Source of the DNA: Gnetum montanum
Taxonomy: Eukaryota; Plantae; Gnetophyta
Length of the DNA stretch: 64,000 nucleotides
Direction of reading: 5' to 3'
NCBI GenBank assembly: GCA_015680685.1
Contig: MNCI01001300.1
Location: 12,155 to 76,154 of the forward strand
The position numbers and the translations under genes are program-made. Below, piece by piece: positions 52,001-64,000 of this stretch. Within the stretch, counting starts at the first letter, position 1. Every line of letters begins with the position of its first letter. The notes under the pieces are model-generated. The model had not been told where the DNA came from. It saw only the letters and a list, made by a program, of their open reading frames with translations, and did not search any database.

Positions 52001-54239
52001 GCCTAAAATATTTCAACTACTATGGTTGCCAAGTTCATCTTCCACATTTTATCCTGAAGATCCTTTGAATTGAGCTTTGTGCATTTTCATATTTTACAAT
52101 TTCTTAAATATTTTCTTATTCTTAATATTTTTTCCATTTCTTATTATTTTCAGGTTTCTTTTATAATTTTACAATTTCTTTAAGTCCTTCTATGTACTTA
52201 TTTATTAATAAAGTTGCTAGATTTTATGTAAGAACCAACTTTGTCATTGGCATTATGTTCTATACTATCAAATTGTTGGAGTAATTATGCAAAAGTAGTG
52301 AGATCACATCATCCATCAATTTATTTCTATGAATAAGAGGTCCTTATTATGGGATTGCTGTGGTTTTTTATCACATGTAAAAACTAAAATTAACCCATAA
52401 CAGAAGAAAGGAAAAAGGATCAAAAGGGTTGGAAAAGGATGTGACATCAAGAGGATTTTTTAATTCTTTGGACCTCTTAAATGAGTCTCACTACTCCACT
52501 TGAATATATCATCATTCATGTTTTAATTTTTTGGAAAATATCTTTATAACAAATTATTACCTTATTATGGCATTTGAAAGACATGTTACCCATGCCTGAA
52601 GGTAGTTCTCTAAGAAGGGAAAAAAATTACTTAACATACACCAAAATCATTCTTGGGGTATTATTAGAAAGACATGTGGCCCATTCCTAAATATCAACTA
52701 CTTCCAAGAATCTCATGGTCTCTTGCACTAGTCTTATCATGTAGCTAGGAAAACATGTAAATTATGCTTGAAGCTGCATCATTGATGGGATTAGCATTAG
52801 CTATGAGGGTAGACATATATGTGACCTATTCTTAAAGGCGCTCATCTAACCAATGGCTGAGATGCATAAATCACACACTAATAATTAATTAATTATCCTT
52901 TAAACTTAATGAATATCTCCTAGCTTTCCTTATTAAGTGATAGTGTTTCAATGTGGTTATGGCTAGACTTATAGTGGTGGGTCCAAGATGACACAACACA
53001 ATGTCACCAGACATGGTATGTACTTAGTTTGGAATCTTGATGAATAGGTATTTTGGTCATCTTAGTCATGTTTTAAATAATGGATCTATTATCAACATGG
53101 TAAAAAGTACTTCATAGCCCAATCTTTACAATTCCTTCCAATCCCATTACACCTCACTACTATGTACAATTATGAATTTAATGGGTTTGTTTAGTATAGT
53201 GCAAGATTCCAACAACATTATTTGTATGTGTATGCTGGAACATTGAATTGGATCAACATTTAATTTCCTAGGTGCCCATAGACATCTTGTGACATGATTA
53301 TATAAGGACATTATATGCAAGAGCCTACTATGGGGAGGACCCACTTGTATAACTTTTATCAATCAAGTCCATGAATAACCCCACCATTCCCAAAAATTAA
53401 AGCATTACTATCTTTATTGTTATATAGCCTTAATTTTCCATTTATCCTCAAATTTTTTTGATTTTTTTACATAAAAATCCTTTAAGAATTCCAATTCTTA
53501 ACTAGTTTTGAGATTCCAAACATATCAAATTATCATTTTGAATCCTTCTTAACTTCAATGATGGGCTTCTTAATCTCTTTTAGGTTCTATTCCTCTAAAT
53601 ACTCAACAAAAAATTCATAAAATATTAGTCAAAATCAAATAAATTCAAGCAAAAATTACATAGATCAACTTCATCAATGTTACAACATCAACATAGTCGA
53701 CCTAGTTAACATAGCCTTGCCAATGCAAGTAATAAAATCAATATATAGCATTGATTTGTTACTTGATTTTTGTCATTTTCTTGAAATGTGTGAGGAGGTT
53801 TTGCCCCTTTTCAAAGCCTAGATCTTCTACAATCCAAACTTGTGATTCAAACCTTTGATTGAATCCACTCAAAAATTATTAACCTCTTGGAGTTTAGCTA
53901 TACATCATGGGATACTTAATTCACAATACGAAAAATTTGAAAATTCTAATTTTTAAACTAAGATAATTAACACTAATATGATTAAATTTAATTAAAAATT
54001 AAGATGAATTAGCTAGCTTAGGGCTCTAGAATATTAAAATGTAATCATCCAAGAGTTTAAATAGTAAAATTTGAAAAAAAAAAAAAACAAGCTAACACCA
54101 AGGCTATTTAAGAATAAAACCATCATAAAATATTTTGATAACTAAGAATTGATCATTAATGTTATTGTAGATAGCACCAAAACTAGTTTTAGAGGCAAAA
54201 ATTTCATCACAATGTAGGGTTCCCAAGAGCATGTGAGGG

Positions 54240-55163
54240 CATGGACATGAGTAGGCATAGGAGAAAGAAGCCAAATATGCAAGAGAACCCTTGAGGAAGA
54301 AAACAAAGGTATAATCTATGGAAAATTCCCAAAGCTCAAATAGGTTATTCTGTATAGGATGAGGTATTATGACCAAGATCCAATTTGGAGGTAAACCTTA
54401 TGGAGGTGTTCCTGAAGAAGATCCAAACTAAGATGATTCATAGCTTAGTCCTTCAAGCATCCAACTTTAGATCATTATTGAAGTTTTCACCTCAAGATAT
54501 TTGTGAGCAATTACAAGAATCTCCCTTTTGATTCATAATCTCAACCAATGAAGAATGGTACATGAATGAGACATATCTCTTCTAGAATAATTGCCATAAG
54601 GATGCAACAATAAAAATCAAGGTCATTTCAATCTCATATGTTATGGATACAATTACAAAGGTTCCAAAACTTCCCACTGTAGGAAAGCAAGCTACTAAAG
54701 TGTCCATATAATAATATGCTAAGGAAAAAAATAAGTAGATGTAGTAAAGGCTTCATTTTTACTATATGAGTATGAGTGAAAGCTCTATCATGAAGTTATT
54801 CAAAAGTTACAACTTGTAATTTCAAAGCTTAAGGTTTTCAAGGTGAAACTCATAGACCAAAGAAATGTATTAGAAAACTTGGCCAAGGGACTGGTTGACT
54901 ACTAGAAGCTTAAGGTGATAGTAAAGGCATTCGACATTGAACATAAACATTTTGCAACTTGATTTGTCAATGCTCATGAAATGTTTCCAACTCTATCTTA
55001 TTCTTGAGAACTGTTAATAACTAAAAAACTAGGTGTTATCACCTAGACCATAAATAATCCTAGGATAAAGGAGAAGAATATGAGGGCCTTACTCAAGGAA
55101 TTTAAACCAAAAGTATAACAAGAAAATGATAGAAGATTAGCCACAAGAGCCACCAAAGGATAA
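54240..55163 (+). pseudogene. Extra 3' ORF remnant of E (helical/coiled-coil-like, unknown)
   Basis: The frame from ~54785 reads 'YHEVIQKLQLVISKLKVFKVKLIDQRNVLENLAKGLVDY*...DRRLATRATKG*' with scattered deamination-type stops. Confidence 0.45.
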
Positions 55164-55963
55164 GAATCCACCACCTCTAGGTACCACTTAGGGCATATGC
55201 CTTGGTTAATTTTTTTGTAAATTCCATACAATTTTTTATAAGGAAAATATGTCCAAATTTTGTAATTTTTTCATAATGTCAATTAGTCAAATAAAATTTT
55301 GTAATACAACACTGAAACGTAGTTAAGTTATAATAGCTAATCATTTAAATGATTACATCTACATTTTGTAAATAAACTTCATGCTAGTTTTTTTAACTTG
55401 AGGACAACTTTTAGTTAGTGGTCTATTTTCCTATATAAATGTATTACCTATGACATTTATGGCACTATTCTATCATTTAGAGTAGTAAAGCTCTTACCAT
55501 TTTCTTCTATAAAACTTAGTATCAATCAGCAAGTGCCTACACCATGATGTAAAGTGATCTTCTAGAGTTCATATTTGAGTGTTATGTATTTGGATACATT
55601 GCATGACTAGCAAAAAAGACTAAGATTATTTCATTCCATTGCAACACTTTGACATAGCATAGAATTTACTTTAATGTAATTTGTTTTCATATCCACATTG
55701 CTTAATGTTTATTTTCATATGCATATAGTTAATATTTTATTTTTAAAATGCACAATAGTCATGTGGAATGAGTATGACCAACTTTACACATAACTACATT
55801 ACCATTTTATAATCTTACTAATGTTGATACTTGATACATCCTATAGTATATACTTTGTAATCTAGCAATGGTAGTGTAAGTTTAACTAGACTTCAACTTT
55901 TGCACTTATATTAACTAGATTAAATTTTAATATTTTAATAATGTTACAACATTAGGATCATAT

Positions 55964-56973
55964 TGAGGATCAAAAACTTAGAAAGAGGGGTTGAATAAGT
56001 TCCCCAAAATAAAATCGATCAACCAGAAAAACCACAAATTTTATATAGTTCCCCAACTTGGGTACATCCATACTTGGACGATAGAATCCTTGCACACCTC
56101 CAAACTTATTTCTCTAAAATGTGGTTTGAAGGGTGCCATGCCCTATACAAACTCTAAGATCTGCATCGGAGTGTTTCGTTGCTATGAAACCACTCAACCC
56201 CACAATGCCCCCAACAAGCTCAGAATGTGGTTTCAAGGATCTCACAACCTTTACAAAATTGAGCTTCGCTTTAGAGTGTTTTGACAATGTACAAACACTC
56301 AATCCTACAGGATCCTAATAAGCTCAAGGGTGATGCCTTCTTGCAAGAAGCACATCAACCCCACAAGACTATAAGAGAGAAACAAAAACACAAGGAAAGA
56401 GTGTAAATTAAATGATAGGTTCTTGTACTTTAAAGCATAGTTCTACAACCAATCAAAAAAATGATATGACATATGAGATACACAAGTACAATAGAATACA
56501 ATAGAAAATGATTGCTTTGATGTTGACAATGCTTGCATAACTCCCAAGAGTTTTAAGTCTTCTTATAGCCTCGAAGTTTCCAAAAACACCTCAAAATTCA
56601 TGCAATGACTAACTAAAGACTAGTGTACATGTCTCCTTCAATATTGGGACATCTCTCTAAAATCATTTTCAATCCTAGGAAGATGTTTTCTATTCCTTAG
56701 AGATGCCTTCTCAACTTTTGAGCTCTAGTTCTTGAGGAATTCTCTTGTTGATTTGACTTCTTCCCAATTTTGAAGGATCTTCACTTAAATTATAGCCTTA
56801 ATTTTTATCCATGCTTTTTCATGCTCTTATCTTGCCCATTTGGTCTCCACTTTGACCTCTCTTTATAGATCTCACTTCTTAAGTTCTCATTCATGCCCTA
56901 CAAAATCATCACATTCCACAACATTCTATGTTCTCCATTTTCCTTTAGGATTTGACATACCAAAAGGTCAACA
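55964..56973 (-). mobile_element. Solo LTR of the C (SIRE-like Copia) family inside E's 3' LTR
   Basis: Homologous to 18528-19626 with perfect TSD CATAT (55959-55963, 56974-56978). Confidence 0.95.
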
Positions 56974-57471
56974 CATATTCCTTATTTCCATTTTCCCATA
57001 TGCACTAAGGACCATAAGAGTATAACTGGGAATACAACAACCTACAATCACATTTAATGATCTAGATACACTGCTAATCTAGTCCATGAAATATGATTAG
57101 GTTATGTGTGAACACTTGTGATTTGTATGGTTGGGCATAGGGAACACTTGCCACTCATCATCTATTCATGCTAATGTCAAGCTTCTACTAAGCATGGGAA
57201 ATGGTTCCTCCAAGGTACAAAGTAGCCTTCCCTTAGAGGTAAAGGATCAACTCTATGCATTCATGTCACTGCAAGAGATAGAGAGCTAGCTTACATGTTA
57301 AGTGAATAGATTTTACTACAAGTAGAAAGGTTGGTTCAATTTGCATGAAAAAGGATAAACCTTTTCTTCCTTAACTTAGGTTATGTGATGTTATATACTA
57401 TAATTAACCTTCAATAAATTTATAAAATTAATGGAAAGTATGATTAAAATCCATATATTCCATATGCAAAA

Positions 57472-59690
57472 CTTCATCATCATCATCCTAGCCTTGTCTC
57501 AACAAAATGGGGTTGGCTACAAGAGTTCTTTTTCACCATTTACCTCTATGAAGAGCTATATCCTTATTTATTTATAGTTTTTTCAAATCATCTTCCATCA
57601 TTTTTCCCATGTCTTCTTTCATCTTTTTTTTAATGGCTTCCCTAGAATAGTGATGTAGCAACCTTTGTTTACAGGCTTATTCTTTAATCTTCTTTGCACA
57701 TATCCAAATCATCTAAGTCACCATTCTTGTAGCTTATTTGAAAGATAACTCACTTCAATTCTTCTTTTAATGTTTGTATTAAGTATTTTATCTCTTCTAG
57801 TAACATTCAACATCCATTAAAGCATTCACATTTCTACCATACTAACTTGATTGTTATTCATGCCTCTTTTATACATCCAACATTTAACATCATATAAGAT
57901 AGCTAGCCTAATTACTATCATGTAAAATTTTTCCTTCAAATTTATTGATATTCTTTTATCACATATAACATTACTAGCCTATCTCCATTTTGATTATCTT
58001 GCCTCAATTCTATTTCTTATATATTTATTAATTTCACTATCTAATTAGAGGATTGTTCCTAGGTAATGGAACTATCTATAGTGAGGAACTCTTTTACCTT
58101 GAATTATCACTTCTATTTCACCACTATTTATGTTGTTATTAAAATTGCATTCCATATATTTTGTCTTACTTCTATTAATTTTTAGGCCTTTTGATTCTAG
58201 AGCATGTCTCCACTTCTTCATTTTAGAAGTAATATTTTCTTGAGCTATATCCACCAACACAATATCATCTACAAATAGCATATACCTATTTTCTTTATTA
58301 ATTCATCCATAATAATGGCAAATAAGTATGAACTTAGTTCCTTGATATAAACCTACTATGATTAGAAAATCAGATGTTATTCCACAAGTTGTTCTAATTT
58401 TAGTGGTAGCTCTTTCATACATATTTTGAATCATTTTAATATATTTATTAAGGATATTTTTTCTCCATAAGGCCTACCAAATAATATCTCTAGATACTAT
58501 GTCATATGATTTTTCCAAGTTTACGAAGATCACATGTAGATTTTTTCTATGTTTTCTGACTTTCTCCATTAATTGTCATATCAAGTAAATAACCTCTATA
58601 GTAGATCTCCCTGACATAAATCCAAATTTCTTTCTAATACTATTGATTCAAGTCTAAGATACTACTATATGACTCTCTCCCAAAGCTTCATAGTATGGCT
58701 CATTAGCTAAATCCATGACCATTTAGTCTTTGCACATGGCCTAGTCTCTTTTGTGTAGCAAGAAATAAACACTTTATGTTTTATTCATACCATTCTTATA
58801 TGTAATTAAATGTTTTTTCCTCTTCTTGAAATAAGTATTTGTGATTGCAAGGTCATAGGCACTTACAAATTGTAGTAGTGAACCTCCCTTATAATTGTGC
58901 TCTTCAAATTTTTGTCCTCCATGAATTTTGTCATATTCCATTTTCATAGATACAACATGATCATTAAAATCCCTTCCAATAAACATGCTTTCTTGTTGGG
59001 GAATTTCTTGAAGCACATAATCCATAGAATCTAAAAAATAATACTTGATATAATTTTCTAGGCCAATTTATGATGCATATACATGGATGACATTGATGAT
59101 CTCATTTCTAGGTACAAGGTTGATGCTCATAATTCAATCGTCATGGCAATATACTTGTATTACTTTATCTTTGATAGATTAATCAATGATGTCCACTCCA
59201 TTTTGATGATTTTCTTTTTCTAAGTAAAAGAGTTTGTAACCTTAGCCTAAATCTTTAGCCTTCTCCCCTTCTCATTTTATTTCTTGGAGCTAGGCAATGC
59301 ATATTCTTAATCTTTTCATGGCATCAGTACTTTCAAAGGTCTTTTTATTGAGAGTGCCAATGTTCCAAGTTATCATCCAAAATTTCTATCACTAGATTTG
59401 CTTCTTACCCATACTCCTCCTTAATGTGGGAATCCTTATCTACTTTTCACATCATCTAGGTGATGATGTTGCATGTCATTTCTGGAGGATGCCATAGCAA
59501 ACCCTTGCTCATTTTCCATAACAACCAAGCCATGTGACTACTACACATTGCTTCTAAAGAATGCCTTAACATTTTTAAAATCTTTTAAAAAAACTCATTC
59601 ATGAGATTTAATAAGGTTTTATAGCCAACTACCAACTTGACTCTAACCCTCCTCCTTTTCTATCTGGGCTTAGTACCAGCATTGGCAAAG
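57472..59690 (-). mobile_element. RTE-clade LINE, both ends present, internal deletion between EN and RT
   Basis: EN 'WNIGTL' (~59365) and ORF 58774-59025; RT 'LMSHTMKLWERVI' and 'MLFVDDIVLV'; (GAT)n tail; 14-bp TSD ttccatatgcaaaa (57458-57471, 59691-59704). Confidence 0.93.
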
Positions 59691-61021
59691 TTCCATATGC
59701 AAAAATTAAATTTCAAAATTAAATCATTGAAACACCTTAATTTACTGAGTATGAAACTTAAACATCAAAAAGTGTACTTAAGTAATCCATAAATAATAAA
59801 TCACTTCCAAAAATCCATGCAATGTTACATCAACATCTTAAATACTATTCCTTAATGTACAAGTTATAAAAGATACATTAAATTACCATATGAATCATTT
59901 TACACATCTATAACATGGCTTCAAAGATACAACAATGCTCAAATCCTTTGTCTACAAAGCATTTATAATCACTAATGATTCTGTTGCCTAATTCGATCTA
60001 GCAATTACATTGCCACCTAGAAACTCCATCCAAGCCTTCTAACTAAGATCCACATAAAATACATATAGGAAGGGTTCGAATACCATCACAGTAGAGGAAA
60101 CCATCTTGATGCTACCTAGAATAAGCTAGAAGGTGGGGCTCACATTGTAAAACACAATGCTAGATCTAATAACAAATACTTACTAACTGAATCATTAATC
60201 AAAACATAACTATTAATATATACATTAATCAAAACCATTAACCTTTCCATTAATCCTACGATTTCATTGCTAATGATATTCTTGTGAGGTTTCTAGCATC
60301 AAACATTAGAATAACTATAAGGTTACTAGTAACTTGGCTAGCCATCAAGGACTATTTGATGTGATACCTTACATATCTAGCCCAACCCTCAAACTAATCA
60401 GAATTTCCAACTGTGGGTTGAAACCTTGATGTAATATTAATTTCTAACTGTTGTGTTAACCCTATAGCTACCCTAAGGCCCTAGCTCTTCAATATCATTG
60501 AAAACTAAATCTCATACGGACTACATGATAACCACTAGCAACATGGGTTAAGTACCACATTGTATACTCCACAATGTTGGCCCATTACTTGACTAGCCAT
60601 TCATGTATTACTACAAATCATGTATTAATGAAACCCTACTTATATTGACTAAATTCCAATAAGGTTGATGGTCCAACTCCAAAGTCAACTATATCATAAC
60701 TGACTAGCCAATATCAGTAGTCTAACATTGTTTTCCTAGCTTTTTGACATGTCGAATGTGCCCATACACATTTGAAATGTCCATTAGCCATCATCGATTA
60801 AAGATGTTTCTATAAAACATCACCATTATCACACCATACTAGAAAACATTTGTAAATTTCATCTTTCATCATAATCCATAGATCTATCATGAGCTAGGTC
60901 ATGACATTTGGAGGAATCATCATCCTCACTAATGGGAGGAGATAACGTAGGAGAAAGATGAGTGTAAAATGCAAAAAAAAAAATTTCCAAAATGATGAAT
61001 TATAGTAAAAAACAAGAAAGG

Positions 61022-61915
61022 ATTTTTTTTAAGAAAGAGTAAACTTGGTTCTATGGTTTTTGAGGCACATCCAGTAATAAAAGGTTATACATAAAGCAAA
61101 CTAGAAAAAGATTACAAATTCTAGTAATAGAACAACCCAAAACAAATGCAATATTAAGCTAGGTGAGTATCACCATGGCATCTTAGAATGATAGAACAAT
61201 CAATGATGAAGTGTTTAGAAAGTATAGTAGGGTTACTCTTTTCTTATTGAAAAGCCCACCTATTACATGAATCCTATACCATATGTAGTGATGCTATAGC
61301 AAAAGTTTTATTTTGGCATCACTTCCATTTCTCCTAACTTTGGGGAATTTGATTAATAAAATCATGAATGGAACTGCCAAGCCAAGATACTCTTGTGATG
61401 TGCCTAAGTTCATTCCAAAAAGACTAAGCCTCAGGACAATGGAATAAACAATGATTAACGGTTTCTACCTGAACTTCACAACACACACACTTATCATTTG
61501 TAATTAATCCCTTAGGAAATAAAAACATGATCATAGGTAATTTTTCATGTAGACACTTTGACATAAAAATTTTACATTTTGGTATCATCACATCATGCCA
61601 CCAAGATTCTTTAATTGGATCTTTAATTCCTAGCACTAAACTTTTATATGCTTCATTGAGGTTATACTGACAAGAATCATGCCATTGTACTATTTGATCA
61701 TGAACCCAAATATTTGATTAGAACCAAGGCTTTAATTTTTCAAAAATTCTTCATGTTGGACTAGCACGAACAATGGATGAAGCATTATGCAAAAGCATGT
61801 TGTTATATAGGTACTTAGCTCTCATGACTTGTATCCATGGTTTGTCACCTATGTAAAGTTGCCACACAAGCTTCCGCAACAATGCTAAATTTATATGACT
61901 TAAATAGCAAGGATT
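61022..61915 (-). mobile_element. 5'-truncated L1-clade LINE fragment (RT end + zf-RVT)
   Basis: 'NLALLRKLVWQL' (~61860-61890), 'CVCCEVQVETVNHCLFHC' (ORF 61424-61636), short poly-A at ~61023-61030. Confidence 0.85.
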
Positions 61916-62773
61916 AGATTAACAATAAAAAAAAGAACAAAAGTATAAGGTAATTAGATCCAAGAAGAAAAGGTTTCTTGTAACAATTGATGGAAGAAAG
62001 AACATTTCTTCTATCTTCAAAAATCAGCAAAGCTTCACCAAGAAAGAACAATTTCAAATCTAGAAATCACCAAGAGATCCACTACATACAGCCATAAGTA
62101 AGAGAATGAAAGAGAGCATAATTTACCATTGATGCCAAGAGAGCCAACATTGCTAAATATTTATAGGCACAAGAGGTAGGATTTCCACAAAAAGGATACA
62201 AATGATTATTAACTAGTGGGTTTAAGTCACCAAGAAAATATAAGAATAAGCTCCCCTGCCCAAGAATAGTTTTAAGATAAAATCAAAGAATAACTAGAAT
62301 AATCCCAAATATTTATTTAACATGTCTAAAAACCACATTCATACATTATTCAAAAAAAATTTATATAATATAAAAATATAAAATAAATAGTTAATAATAA
62401 AATACCAACAATGGGCCACCACCCTCCTTCAAACCTTTCCTTCACAAAAAGCATCAAGCATTAGCAAATATTAAGACATAATAATCAAGAAAAGAAATAT
62501 AAAATAATAATAATTCCAAATATGTAATAAGGGCAAGGTCCAAGGCCCAAAACCTTAAGAAGCATAAAGCATAATAAAACATGTATACCTGACAAAAGGT
62601 TCAAAGGTCAAACCTTATCAATGCATAAGGGGTTGTTCCAAGATACAATATACACAAGCTCATGAGCAAATATACCATGAAGTACTAATTATAAAATACC
62701 AATGCAAGTAAACAAAAGGGTCAAGAGTTTAAGCCTCAAGATGCACAACTATAAGCATAAGAGAGATAATTAG

Positions 62774-64000
62774 TGATGAGTGGTGAGATACCCCTACACT
62801 CAACCATACAAATACGAGTGTAGCATGCACAACCTGGTCGAACTCCGTAGACTAAGTGCCTACACGCCCCATGGAACACTTAGGGTTAATTGTTCGTTGT
62901 CTTCCCAGACTTACTTGTAGTTGTCACGGTGTATGGTTAAGTAAGTCCGAGGTATATGATTTTTATATCTTTTTATGTTTTATGTCTCCTATGCTAACAA
63001 GGTGAAGGGTTGAGAAACTAATTGCTACTCTAACTAACTAACTAAGTCTAAATTACCTAGCATCAGCATCCGTTCCCACTTACCATACACACCCTGAACC
63101 NGTAATCAAGTCGTACTCATTCTGCGTTACTAGGAGATAAGGGTGAGAGAGAAAGCAATAAATAACATTAAATAAAATCATATTCCATGCACTGCAAGGT
63201 TTATCCAGGAAGTTTGTATTTATTGCTGTACACAACTTCTGTTCAGGTACAATGTTGATCGAATAAATATCCGTTCACTTTAGGACTCCTACTACAGGCA
63301 CATGGAAAATATTCTATCTCTGGAGTGATCAATCTGCCAGAGTTTCCCTACTTCTAGCCTAGGATGAGGAAACAAGGGAGAGCCGCCTCTTATTTATAGA
63401 TATGACGGTGCACCACGATATCACATATGCGATATCACAGGGGACGACGTGATATCGCGTGCAATATCGCGTCTCATCATACCCCCATGACTGAATGACA
63501 ACTCGTCCTCGAGTTCCTTACAAAATATTGGGAAGGTATGGGATTATTGACTGAATGGAACTAATGGGATGACTTGTGAACGGATCATCATTACAAGACT
63601 TGACAAAACTGGTGTTCATGACAACAAGAGTGAATACCTTATTACATTGACATTAGGCCTCATTTGGCAGCTAAGAAAGAGAGAGAGAAAGAAGTGTTGC
63701 TGCTACCAATGCCAAGATTGCACTTGTCGTTGTCCATCCGTGAGCACGTCATCGATCTTGCTCCTTTCATAGTTGCTTCAGTGCTGCTCCATTCCAAGTG
63801 TTTGCTCCAGATCTAATCCGTTGTTGTATGATTTCCATCTGCACACACAACACATTCTTGTATGAGCAAGGGTAAATGGATCATCATGTAATTAATACCT
63901 TGCTTCGGTGTAAGTCCATTGGCTAGGTTGTGGTATGGCTGATTGTGGATCTAGAGATATAATATTGATGACTACCGAAGGTGTAGGGGTTAGGAAAAAA
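62774..64000 (-). mobile_element. 3' LTR (62774-63479) plus adjoining internal region of a TGATGAG-family element extending beyond the window
   Basis: Termini tgatgag/ctcatca with no TSD. The minus strand shows the PPT-like 'ctcgaggacgag...catgggggta' directly before the LTR. One n at 63101. Confidence 0.88.

Larger units (their letters stand above)
46003..57160 (+). mobile_element. Element E: degraded Athila-like Ty3/Gypsy element
   Basis: LTRs at ~46003-46764 and ~55421-57160, both ending actcatca. PBS tggtactgttatca (46766-46779) differs from the tRNA-Asp PBS TGGCGCCGTTGCCG only by transitions. Athila-type RT motif. Confidence 0.85.

Overview
Eukaryotic, almost certainly plant, heterochromatic DNA. 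It is AT-rich and strongly CpG/CHG-depleted, and I could identify no intact host gene. The window is a nest of decayed retroelements whose order can be rebuilt from target-site duplications (TSDs). Element A is a large minus-strand Ty3/Gypsy Tat-type element. Its putative 5' LTR lies at ~38.9-40.0 kb, gag-PR at ~37.9-21.8 kb and RT-RH-aRH-INT at 3.08 kb to <1. Its PR-to-RT spacer (~8-9 kb once nested insertions are removed) carries spliced antisense accessory gene remnants, one PMD/'plant transposon protein'-like with a coiled coil, plus palindromic motif arrays. Element B is a complete Tat element (22026-34709, TSD AGTAG, PR-aRH-RT order, tRNA-Asn PBS) inserted in A. Element C is a SIRE-like Copia element (11237-19626) inserted in A's antisense gene. 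D is a degraded gag-only LTR element (~40.1-46 kb). E is an Athila-like element (~46.0-57.16 kb). There are also five copies of a CpG-rich TGATGAG...CTCATCA Athila-related LTR, a Copia solo LTR, an internally deleted RTE LINE with a 14-bp TSD, and an L1 3' fragment. The most unusual item is A's split gag-PR / pol architecture with intron-containing antisense cargo. Linking A's two halves is an inference, and all coding regions are pseudogenised.
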